Assembly (NCBI GenBank): GCA_000934665.2
Contig: KZ538627.1
Location: 1 to 64,000, forward strand
DNA length: 64,000 nucleotides
Direction of reading: 5' to 3'
Origin: Catajapyx aquilonaris
Taxonomy: Eukaryota
Made by a program: the position numbers and the translations under genes. A model generated the notes under the pieces. It did no database searches. It saw only the letters and a program-made list of their open reading frames with translations, and was not told the origin of the DNA. Shown one piece after another: positions 51,861-63,513 of this stretch (position 1 is the first letter of the stretch; every line of letters starts with the position of its first letter).

Positions 51861-52500
51861 ATATAAGTTACAAAATAAAATCAGGCGAGCACACTAAAAA
51901 AGTGACGTTGATCCCCAACTCTGCAAACTTTGAGATTTAGCTCCCCCACTCAGCCCGGCCATGAACAAAAAGCGAAGTTGATGGCTCAGAGCCTCCATTT
52001 TTACACGGGCAAAAAAAAAAACAAAAAACGATGGCTTCTACTCTTCACACTATCCATTAATCTTTGAGCACAAGTTGTTCTGCTAGACCCCCCTTGGCAT
52101 CGAGAGCCCCCCCTCTTTACGCGCTAATGAAGGAGTCCGATACGCGCGGCTAAGGATCGTCAATTACTATTCACCACATCATTACTAGGAGGATATAGTC
52201 GCCTGCCACGTGGACTTAAAAACACTCTCAAAAATGAGGGATAATGCACAATATTCTTCTGACAACGAGAGCCTAATCCGATGCTTTGGAAAAGTGGACT
52301 GTAAAATGGGGTTAAGACGACTTAGTGTTGCGTGCATTACTTTGAAGAGAGTAAACATGTCTGGCTGTACTGTAAATAGTGAACCCCTTGCCTAAACTTG
52401 GCCTGTCTCACACAAATGGCGCATCCTTCCTCTCTGAGACTGTTAGTATGAATAGAATCTTGGTGTGATTATTTCGAGCACTGATTTCTAGACTGAATCC

Positions 52501-52547
52501 GCGCCATCTACCGGTAGCGTCACATAAATCCCAGTGCCATCTACCGG
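52501..52547 (-). promoter_or_regulatory. Pair of CTCF-like motifs about 350 bp upstream of the second exon
   Basis: GCGCCATCTACCGG (52501) and GTGCCATCTACCGG (52534), i.e. CCGGTAGATGGCRC on the minus strand. Confidence 0.45.
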
Positions 52548-52892
52548 TGGCGTCCCACAACCCTCCTAGACTAACACCACTCCTTATGAAGCACCGTCGC
52601 CGTCACTCTCCTGTCGAATGACTGGCACTCTGGAAATCAGTCAAGCTTCACCTGAAGATCTTTGCAGAGACCTTCTTTTCCCCCCATCTTCTTTCCGCCT
52701 CAGGGAAAGAAGTCTGTTGTAGAAAATTGAACTGCTGCGCGTTTGTGCCCCGATGCCTCCCCCCNNCCCCCCCCCCCCCTCCTCGCACTTTATTGTAACT
52801 TCCAGGCCCTTATATATCATATATAAGTCCGGAGTAATATCCTTATAAGGCTGTGTTCAAATAGAGGAACTACTTTTTCGTTTTGCCGGCAG

Positions 52893-53078
52893 GTGGGGTG
52901 GGTCAAGGCTGACACCAAGGCCATCCAGGCCATACATCACCACGTCATCACGCACAACCCGAGGGTGTCGGTGTCACACAGTGACCACAGCATCTGGAAC
53001 CTCCATATCAAGGGGGTCAAGGAGGAGGACAGGGGGCTCTACATGTGCCAGATCAACACTGATCCTATGATCAGCCAG
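52893..53078 (+). CDS. DIP-alpha: Internal exon, remainder of Ig1 (Dpr-binding CC'C''FG face)
   Basis: Acceptor ttttgccggcag|GTG, donor CAG|gtgagt, 186 nt, phase 0/0. Translates VGWVKADTKAIQAIHHHVITHNPRVSVSHSDHSIWNLHIKGVKEEDRGLYMCQINTDPMISQ, with the Ig Trp, DxGxYxC and the DIP signature CQINTDPM. KADTKAIQAIH is DIP-alpha-like. Confidence 0.95.
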
Positions 53079-53189
53079 GTGAGTCCAGATCATACCCAAA
53101 TCACGATAACTTTAGCTCTGAATCAACTATCCCTGGCCACTCTTAGCTTGATTAGAATTTATTTTTCAACAATAGACGATTATGTATAT

Positions 53190-53570
53190 ACTAGTTGCTA
53201 TATTTCATATTGGCTATTTATTTCAGTAGTAGTTATATATTGGGATTTATATTAGTTATTTATTGATTTATTTTATTTTATTCGTTATTTATGGCTTTTA
53301 TTTTATTTATTGGTTATTTATTTTATTAGCTGTTTATTTATTAGTTGATTATTTTTATTGGTTATTTCACATTAGTTATTTATTTATTAGTTATTTATTT
53401 TTATTGGTTATTTCACATTAGTTATTTCTTTGTATTAGTGGCTATATTTATATTACAGTATATTTCGTATTAGGTGTTGTTTTATAATTATTAGTTTTAT
53501 TTATATTAGTAGTTATTTCATATTAGCTATTAGTTGGAATTAGTTGCTATACTTTTATTAGTTGTGTTCT
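53190..53570 (+). repeat. TTAGTTATTT T-rich block
   Basis: ATTAGTTATTT / ATTGGTTATTT repeats. Confidence 0.75.
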
Positions 53571-54069
53571 ATAGTACTATAGGCCGTATTAGACACGCGG
53601 CCATCCCATATCCTGAACCGTCTCATATTTTTGCTTACATTTTTGGCCTTTAAAAAAAAGTAGTTGTATTCATGGCGTCTGCCTGTTCTCGAGTGCAGTT
53701 AATGCGCTTAAATAACCTAGGAGGGCTGAAGCAAATTCGAAGCCTGTTTAGGTATAACGATCCTGTACACGTAATTAGGGTAATTATGGAGGGGGATGTT
53801 GCAGGTACAGTATCACTTAATCTGGTTGTCAATGTTGCTGCCTCCCAAAATAGATCCTTTGGGAGGGAAGACGAGAGAAAGGCAGTGTTGTCGGGTACAG
53901 ATCGCAGGCAAAGAGCCGTGAATCAAAATGGCGATATCCTGATGAATCAGTAAGATAGCTAAGCTTTAAAAACAATAACTGGTTGTTAACTCCGGAAAAT
54001 CCGGATGATAATGTAAGGAAAGGCATTCCAATCATGTGATTGTTTTCAATAAGCGAGTCTTAAAATGCA

Positions 54070-56190
54070 GCTATTATGAGCAGTTATTTCATGTGGACTT
54101 ATTTAACACCCATGTCGATTCCGCTATTCACGTTTTGTTAGTTATTGGAATATATCAATAACAGTTATTTAAAACAGCGACAACAATAGCAGTTATAAAT
54201 AACCGATGCGATAATAGCGGTTACAGTGGCAAACGTAACAGTTCTGACACAAGCATAACTGTTATTTGAAGCAATTTTAAGCACAACGGTTATAAAAAGC
54301 AGCGACAAGTACAATAGTTATTTAAAGCAGCGGCAGCAACAGCATATGTTCGAGACAGTGGCAATCACAACAGTCACTTAAACAGGGATATACGTAACGG
54401 TTATTTATAGCAGTGAAATACATAGCAGTTTTTTAATATCGACAATAATAGTAGCTATTTTCTCTGAAACTGAGCCACATTTGAAAGCTAAAAAACCTAT
54501 CCCATTTGCTGGTACCTAGGCATATAGGTTCATATAGTCTATAATATGTCTATATTATAAGGCCCATTTTCTTTTGCGGTCCTCCATCTACACCTGACAG
54601 GTATGGAGAGCCAGAAACGGCGTTTATTTTCCAGCTATTTTTCCAAGGCTGGTTGGAGTGTGTACTCAGGGTGGAAGCCTGGTGACCCCCCTAATGGCTC
54701 TAATGGTCCTCCAGCCGTGACCCCCCCGGACGAAGGTGGCAAAACAAACCCCCCGGAGCAATTTTATTACTCCATCTTTTACCAGAGGGGCCGACCTTTC
54801 CCCCCCTTCGCAGGATTGGATTAGCATCGATTGGGGGGGGGGGGGGAGGCAGAAAACTCGGTCGGCTGCAGACGGTTATGGCAGGTGACGTCGATCAAAC
54901 CAACTTCGCATTTCAACCTGTTGCACAACGGTGTTTCTCTCACTTGGACTTCTATTTTTTCCGCTCTGTCGTGATATGGGGTTTCAAGAATCGCGGCGAA
55001 AAAAAATCGCTGATACTGACCATGCAGCAAACTTAGCATAAGCGCCAAGTTTTAATCCTAAAGTGAATTTACATGCACTTAGAACATGACTATATTCGAA
55101 GTACACGGTGGAGAAATCGCGATATGATCAGATTAGGCTGCAATTGAGACAAATCTCTGTTATTTTTAATAGTACCATCAGTACATATTCTTAATATAGC
55201 AGCTCAAATCGCTGTTATTTTGCCAGAAACAGAACTAGATGTTACTTAATTGGAGTGTATTTGACTATTATTACCAGGTGCACATATCACTGTCATTTTA
55301 ATAGTGGCCATTAATCACTGCTACTTAACAGAAGCAAAAATCACGGTTAAAAATAACAGCATAAATAAGTTATCATCATACAAATAACTGTTAGTAATAG
55401 AAACAAAATAGCTGTGAGTAATAGAAACAAAATAGCTGTTAGTAGTAGAAACAAAATGGATGTTATTAATAGCAACACAATCGCCTTAATGAAATACCAC
55501 TGTTATAAAATTATGTAGAAAGTCACTGTTGTTAATAATATAAAAATTAGAACTATTGTAGCTGTTATTTCATGGGAGTCGAAGAAACTGCTATTAATAG
55601 GCACATAATAGGGGGCATAAATCACTGCTGCTATAACAGAAGCAAAAGTCAGCGTTAAAAATTGCAGCAGAGATCGGCCATTATCATACAAATAACTGTT
55701 AATAATAGCTGCAGAATCGCTGTTATTAATAGTAGTACAATCACTTATTAATAATGGCAAAACCAGAACAAAGTGTTTTATAAGATTGGTCTAGAAGTGA
55801 CTGTTATAAATAGGTACACAAATCACTGTTATGTAAATAAGACCGTAAATTACTGCTACTAGTATTTTAACAGAAGCAAGTAATCTTTTAAAACAGAATC
55901 ACAGATTGGTTATTACCATTTAAATAACTATATTTAATATCAGTAAAATTGTTGTTAAAAATAGCAGCAAAATAACTGTAATTTATAGCAGAAAATGGCT
56001 GTTATTAATAGACAGTAGGAGTTGAATATATTTTCGTCTCACTACTAGTTACGGCTAACTTAGCAGTATACTACTGCCAACACTGGTACTGCAAAGTTAG
56101 CAGTAACTAGCAGTGAGACGAAAATTCAACAAAAATAACATCAAAATCAGTTATTTTCAAACAGCATTATTACCAATCACTGTTATTTTG
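54070..56190 (+). repeat. Two related AATAGC/ACTGTTA blocks (54070-54460 and 55150-56190) separated by a GC-rich island
   Basis: Recurrent (A)AATAGCAG, ATCACTG(C/T)TA and AACAGTTAT motifs. Confidence 0.65.
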
Positions 56191-56789
56191 CAATGGCATG
56201 ATTTTGCGCTCACGGTTCTTTTTAGCAGTGCAGCGAAACTCGTTAGTGGAAACCTTCCACCACGTTACTGGGAACGGCAGGCTGTAAACATTGTTGCGTG
56301 CCGCCACGAGTATTCGGTTTAAGTCGGTGCGATGCGCCCATTGTTGCCATGTTTTCCCCAGTCTTTTGCTGGAGAGAGGGAGGGAGGGAGAGGGAGAGAC
56401 AGAGTCGCGTGTCTTTGATAAGCGGAGGGAGGCATGCTCAATCTCCTTTTTGTGTAGTGTTACAGGCGGCGTATTCATTTCATGGATCGGGGGAGACGCG
56501 CGCAAGTGTTTAAGTCAAGACGATGCGGGAAGCGAGGCGAAATGAGATTACAAAATCTCGTTCCAGTGTACACAAATTAATTTACGCGGCGCTGTTCTCT
56601 CTCTCTCTCTCTCTCTCGCTCTCTCAAAGTACAAGGTGTCACGAACGGCTGACGATAAGCTGTTCGTTTTGCTAGAGACTCTCTTACTCAATGAGTTCAA
56701 GGGCTGCACAAGTAGTGACTCTACTCAGCATTTGCTGAATGGGCCAATCAGAATCAGTGCCACGATAGGAAAAATCGCGTGTAATGTTG

Positions 56790-57250
56790 GTATTACGATA
56801 CTATCAACTGATTCCATCTGTATTATACTATCGATAATTTCTGTCAGGACTATATTTTTCTACTTTTTCCATCAGGACTATACTATCGATCATTTATATT
56901 TAGATGATATTATCGATTAATTTCCATCAGGACTATACTATCGATCATTTATATCAAGACACCGAAGCAGTAGTGGTGTAGTGGTATGGTGTCCGACTGC
57001 TAATCGGGAGGTCCTGGGTTCGAATCCCGGAGGCCGGCGACCCTGACCATGGTTTTCTGTGGTTTCCCATGGTCCTTGCAGGATAATTCCGGGGTCGTTA
57101 CCGTAATATAGGCCACAGCCGCCTCCTTCCTTCCCTTTCCCTGCTTCATTCCGGTGATGAGAAAAATAGTAAAAATGGAAAGAGTTCCAGACAAAAAATT
57201 GGGAGAAATCCCCCCTAGGAAAGCCCGTAGGCTGATAATGGGGGTATAAA

Positions 57251-57337
<87 letters not shown>

Positions 57338-57770
57338 ATCAAGACGATATTATCGATTAATTTCCATCAGGACTATACTATCGATTATTTATATCAAGAC
57401 GATATTATCTATTATTTTCTGTCAGGACTATACTATCGATGGGTTATATATTTTCTGTCAGTACTATACTATCGAGTGCATCCGTCAATATTATACTATC
57501 GATCATTTCTGTCAGGACTTATCGACTCTTTCTATCAGTACTGTCCTATCGACTTTTTCCGCGCCAGGACCTTACTATCGCCCATTTCTATCAGGACGAT
57601 ATTATCAACTGATTTGTCAGTATACCATCGAGTGAATCAGGCCATTATACACTATCGATCATTTCTGTCAGGACTTTTATGGACTTTTTCTATCAGGACT
57701 ATACCATCGAATACTTCCATCCGTGATATACTATCGACAATTTCTGTCGGTACAATACTATCGATATGAA
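56790..57770 (+). repeat. ACTATCGAT/TCAGGAC degenerate minisatellite interrupted by a SINE
   Basis: TTTCCATCAGGACTATACTATCGAT units on both sides of the SINE. Confidence 0.85.
56961..57335 (+). mobile_element. tRNA-derived SINE with long (ATT)n tail
   Basis: A box TGGTGTAGTGG, B box GGTTCGAATCC, anticodon-like arm CCGA-CTGCTAA-TCGG. The body (GGTTTTCTGTGGTTTCCC...AGGCCACAGCCGCCTCCTTCC) resembles arthropod SINE cores. 10-bp TSD ATATCAAGAC at 56951-56960 and 57336-57345. Confidence 0.9.
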
Positions 57771-58486
57771 ATAAACAACAATTATTCAATATATAGATCC
57801 CCAGATGGAAGCACCAAGTGGTAAGGAATCGCCCTCGTGCGTTAGTGGCCATGTTTGGCACTAATATGAGTTTATAAAAATTCGCGAAGTTGTCGTGCAA
57901 GAATATGACCCAGTGGGCCATTCAGTTCGATATCATTTTATTATACTTTTTATAAGATTCGGCTATCAACAGTGTGTCGTTTAAAAAAATTATTTTAACA
58001 AGTACATTAAGGATCTTACTTAAAGCCCAATTAGGTGTAATAGCGATAATCTGCCGTACTTTTTCCAAATATGTTTAACACCTTAGCGTGTAGATATACC
58101 CGCTGATTCGTGTGGACGTGTACAGTACATGCGATACCGGATTTGACGACATTTCCTCCCAACACGCGATACCGTCCGTTTTATTTTTATTACGCGTTGA
58201 AATACGGGCCGTTAATGTTTCCGCGCGTAGATTACACGTACTTTTTCAGCTTAAAACGGCCAACCCACCGACGTTAACACACTCGCAGCATCTTAATTAA
58301 CCCGCCCCAAAAAATTCAATTTCGAAACTTCTGCTCTCACCTAACCCCGACCCATTTTAAGCCCTTTCAAAATTGCGAGCTGCACAAATTTGCTAATAAT
58401 TGGTACAAAACTTTTTGCCACACCTAATATGTGCGTGTGTGAACACGTGCGAAAAGTACAATGTGTTGTTTTGCTTTTCTTTCTAG

Positions 58487-58679
58487 GTTGGCCACTTAGA
58501 AGTTGTGGTTCCTCCAGACATAATCAACGAGGAGAGTTCGAGCGACGTGATGGTTCCAGAGGGCAGCACGGTCAAGCTGACCTGTCACGCGAGGGGTCAT
58601 CCTCCGCCACACATCGTCTGGAGACGGGAGGACAACAAGAACATCACCATCAAGACCGCAGGAGGGGCAAAGACACAGG
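58487..58679 (+). CDS. DIP-alpha: Internal exon, end of Ig1 and first part of Ig2
   Basis: Acceptor ttttctttctag|GTT, donor CAG G|gtgagc, 193 nt, phase 0/1, in frame with the previous exon. Translates VGHLEVVVPPDIINEESSSDVMVPEGSTVKLTCHARGHPPPHIVWRREDNKNITIKTAGGAKTQ (VVPPDI, SSDV, EGxxVxLxC, WRRED motifs of DIPs). Confidence 0.95.
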
Positions 58680-58889
58680 GTGAGCCAGTCAGGAATTAAT
58701 CTCAAATTATATCGTATAGTGGACTCTCAATCGGATATTTTCTCTAATTTGATTTCGTACATAATTAGCCCTACGATGACGTATTGTAATTTACAAAGCA
58801 AAGTAATACGTAATGAAATATTTTCTTCTTAATTTGAGTCGACAAAACTGGACTTTAATGTTAGATTCGTCCTAATCTATTATAATATA

Positions 58890-59430
58890 TTGATATTTTA
58901 TAAATAGCGACACAAATCACTGCTACTTTCAATAGGAGCACAAATCACTGATATTTTAGTTGCAGAAATCACTGTTGCTCTTACCAGGAACGTGAATCAC
59001 TACTATTTTTAACAGGGACAGAAAAAAGTGATATTTTCATATCTTCTGAAATAACTGATAAGTCTTGTTAGGCCTACTTGCAGAAATCACTGTTAGTTTA
59101 ATCGACTCGGAAACCATATATTGATACTTCCAGAAATAACTTATTTTAATCGAGAAATCATTGTTATTTTATTAAAATAACGAATAACTCTTACTGCTAT
59201 CAGGGACATAAATGACTATTTTGATAGCTAGAGAAACCACTGGTGTCTTGACACAAACAAAAATCACTGTTATTTTTAGAGTTGCAGAAACCATTGTTAT
59301 TTTTGGAGTTACAAAATTCGATTTTATCAGGAATGCGAATCAATGTTACTTTTAACAGCAGAAAACATTTCGCTATTGATATCTGCAGAAATAACTGTTT
59401 CTAAAATAGCAGCGCAAATAAGGACTGTTA
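58890..59430 (+). repeat. AAATCACTGTTA degenerate block
   Basis: Recurrent GAAA(T/C)CA(C/T)TGTTATTTT. Confidence 0.7.
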
Positions 59431-62354
59431 TTAAGTTAGTCGGCCTATCGCTGAACCAACAGATATCCAGGGATTATTGTCCGCCACTGGTTATGAGATA
59501 AAATTAGTAAATCAGCTTAATTTCATGACTGATTTTGCAAAAACAAGCGAACATAATTTTTCAAAATCTCTACAGTTTTTGTTTTTAAAAGGCCCTAAAA
59601 AAATTAGAGCGCGGTTTAAAGCAGGTTGAGTGACGGCAGTAAATTAAGCTAAAGCAACCAGAATAAATGCTGATATATGCAACACTGGTCCCCGTAAACT
59701 CCCACGAATGAATCTGAAGCTCTGAATCAGCCTGTAAATCAACTAACCGAGTGCTGTATATGTTCGGAGTTGGTTTCGCAGAAGTGTTAATGAGCGAAAA
59801 ATTCATCGCGCGATTTTTAGGCGTGCCTCTATAACTCATCCGGAAGCCATGGTATAAAAAAAATCCGCGATACGGATCAGTTATTGACCATATTGCGAAA
59901 GTGGGAGGTAACGTTACTCCATTACCGGCCTAGAGCCACACACCCACCAGAAAGATTTACTAGGATCGTCCATCATGCTAGATAAGACGCTATCTTTCTT
60001 ACCGGTGCTGCCAGATGTCCTGGAAAAAAATTACGAGCTGGCAACCCCGCCTTGAAGTCTCTCAGCCAATCACAGCATGCGACACATCCCAATTGGGCCC
60101 AACATGCGATGTTGCCAGATGTCACAGCAGTTTTGCGGAAATTATGGCGAATTAGTCCGCTTGGCTTAATTGGCAAATTCGGCAATGTGGCAGATAGGAA
60201 CGTTTCGCAACATTGCCATCCTCCTCCTCCTCCTTTTGTTCTAAGGCAAACTCCCTCGCGTGACAATTTGATTAGTCTCTAATGTAATTGTAGACAACGG
60301 GGCCGAATCTCCCTGAGCGAGAGGATAATAACATTCAAAATTTCCCTACAGGGTGGGTTGGAAATGGGTAAAATATTCAAGGGTCTAGTTTTGCAAGATT
60401 TTGGCAAATTTACATCCGATTGGTTTCGCAAAAGAAAATTTTCTTAAAAAAGTTGCTGTAAATTTCTGCTTAAGCATCAGGCCATATTTTTGTAGTTTTT
60501 GGCACGAAATTTGCGATATTTTTTTGCAATATTAATGTACGGTCCGGACTTTCAGCAGCTATATATATATTTTTTGAAACAACCTTCCCAAAAATTTTCA
60601 CTCTATTTGTTGGTATTTGCATTTGGAAAATATTTGCGCTTCATTTTTGCACATTATTACCAGTGTTTGTATTTGCAACATTGTTGCCAAATTACTTCTT
60701 ATTTGCTGTTACTTCTATAAAAATGGAATTATTAATTTTCTAATTTGGCGAATTTTTGCGGGCTAATATTTGCGAATGTTTCGCAGCATTGTTTACATTT
60801 TGTATATTTTTATCCGCAATTTGGGGCCTCATGCCAATTTTGAATTCATTTAGCTTCGATCTCTGAAAAATTAACACTTAGCTTCCTAATTTTGTGGAAA
60901 TATTCATGGTGTGGCCATATGGCAATTTTTTGCAAAATTGTCAATTTCGCAGATTTTGTCAGGATTGCTACCATTTTAGTGTTTCTTAATTATTGCTGTA
61001 ATTTTAAAGAAATAAGATATTCACTTGCAAATTTTTGTAAAAATTTCGCATTTGCGAATATGTGCTGCTTGCATTTATCTGTGTCAGTACTTTCGACCTG
61101 TTGCTAATTTTTGCAAATCCCTCCAGCTCTCCAAGTGCACTCATTGTTTTTAAAAAAAACCCTTTTGCAAAACTCTGTTGCAAAATAAACGCAACCCTCC
61201 CCCCAACCCCTGGCAGTTTCACATTGCAATTATGGTTTTCCCTTCCTCCCCCTCCCCCCATCCATGCCGTTAATAATTCTGCAGCGCAGCCATACTGCTA
61301 ATTTAACAGTCTGATCCCAGCCAATTAAATGGGTGGTATCACACTGATGCCCCCAACATTGCAAAACGTGGGGTGGGTTTTGCCCCATATAGAATCCCCA
61401 CCCCCCTCCTATCGAAACCACTCTATGTATATAAATACAAAATCAATTTCTGGTCTACGTCAATTACAAGCCTGCCATTAAATAGTAATCTCTAGTTTTG
61501 CAAATATTTTTTTTTCGCACAAGTTAGCGATGTGGAGGATCTTCAGTGGAAGTGCATTAAATTGCTCGCTGAAGTGTCAGCTATATTTGCCTGATATTGC
61601 CTTCATAACCTAGGAATCAATTTACGATTCGCAAAATCTCGGGACCTTCGATTCGTGCTCGTAAAAATATATATTTTGCGAAATTGAGTTACGTTGTAAA
61701 CCCTTTCCGTCGATGGATGAAAAAGATTGTTGAGTTTTTTTTTGTTGTTGGTTCAGAAGACTTGCCAAAAATGGGTGTGATTTTGCGCTCCTGGCAATAA
61801 ATTTGCAAATATCGTTTAGTGATTATAGTGTATAGACTTGAGCAAAAAAAAAGTTTGCAAAAAAAAAGTCGAATCCATTTCGAGCAAGGCTGTTTCGTGT
61901 CCTACAAAGGGAGTGGATAAAAAGAAGGGATATATTTTCTTTCGAGTGTAGATATCTTCTTCTGCTTAGGCGAACTTTCTACAAAGACGTGAACATCCAA
62001 GGAACTTTTGGCGTTTTCTTGAGTATTTTTTTTTTCTGTGCCCAGTCTACTCTTCTCTAGGAGTTCTCTATTTTTTTTGTCTCTGGTGTTCGGCTCCTTT
62101 TGTTCCTTTTTCTGCTCAAACGTGGACGCGGAACGGTCAGCATGGCAGTAAATTGAAAGCGCATTGTAGTGGAGATAAGAGACGAGGCAATAAAAGGGAC
62201 GAGAAGCAGATATCTTTGCCGATAGGGCATTGAGTGGAGAACAAGAGAAGGAGGGTATCATATTTAATCGTAGTACTAAGCAGTGATTGAGATTGGGAAA
62301 TTCTTCGGGATTTCCACAGGGACTCCAGAGGAATTCCATATGTTACATTCTGGC

Positions 62355-62762
62355 AGGTTAACTTATCTAACCTTACCCTTTTACGTTACCTTACCAAACC
62401 CTAACCATTACCTTACCTTAACCATTATTAAACGTTACATAGCCCTTACCGTACCTTACCTTAACCATTATTAAACGTTACATAGCCCTTACCTTACCTT
62501 ACCAGATCCTGATCTGGCCTTATCTAACCCTTACCATACCTTACCTTACATTTATCTTAACTTACCTTATACCCTACATTACCTTACATTTATCTTACCT
62601 TACCACCCTACCCTACATTACCTTACATTTATCTTACCTTACCACCCTATCCTACATTACCTTACATTTATCTTACCTTACCACCCTACATTACCTTACA
62701 TTTATCTTACCTTACCACCCTACATTACCTTACCTTATACCCTACATAACCTTACCTTACCC
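62355..62762 (+). repeat. CCTTA/CCCTA pentamer-derived (telomere-like) minisatellite
   Basis: ACCTTACATTTATCTTACCTTACCACCCTAC(CCTAC)ATT units; duplicated TAACCATTATTAAACGTTACATAGCCCTTACC. Confidence 0.85.
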
Positions 62763-63513
62763 TGCGATATCCACAAAAGATATTCAATATTATTCTATCT
62801 CCAGCCCATTCCCAAATACACTGGATTCTCCAAAACCTTTTGAAACAAATTATGCAAAAAATCTGATACAAAATAGCATGAATATCTTCTTCTTTTTTGT
62901 TTCCTCGCAAACTTTCAGAGATTTCTCCTAGTCCTCTCTCCCCCACCCAGCCCTACACCCTGGCCCTCCCCGCAGCACAACTTTCTTCCGTTATAGTGTT
63001 CCCAAGTATCCTATTATTGTCCCCCCAAGTGCATCTGGAAAACACGGCGCGCTTTTTAATAACAGAGCTTCTAGGGGTCTGGCGCCTGGTGTTTCCATTT
63101 TTTTTTTAGGAAAATGGGGGAAGGAGAGGGTAAGGAGGGGGGAGGAAAACCAGGGAGAGCAAATAGTGTAGCCATCTTCCTGGCGGTCCTTCATATTAAA
63201 ATGATGCCAGAGCGCCGAAGGCATCAATCATTCAGGTAGCCAATATGAGGGCCGTTTTCCCTGATGCTGGGCCCCGGATTCTGAAGGGCCAGTGAAAATT
63301 AATAAAATCCGGAGGAGGATGCCCTGGATACCCTCCCGCTCATGATTCGCCTTAATAACTGCGACACTTGCAATACAGCCTTTCATGTGTGTCACATTTG
63401 ATAAATTTTTTTGAATGGAAAGGAAGCAAAATTGCAGTAGGAAACTGTCCCAGACGCAATTGAAATACAGTATCTAGTTTCACCTCCTCGAGTAAACCAA
63501 TGTGACTAATATA

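Noticed and set aside
52758..52779. Poly-C run containing NN
   Set aside because: Sequencing or assembly ambiguity in a homopolymer, not a biological feature.
53079..53255. ORF-track extension beyond exon 2 (likewise 58680-58699)
   Set aside because: Read-through past strong GTGAG donors into intron; similarity to DIP stops at the donor.
3042..63472. TACAGTA/TACTGTA as Tc1 excision footprints (about 17 seen)
   Set aside because: A rough composition-based expectation is of the same order, so there is no clear enrichment.
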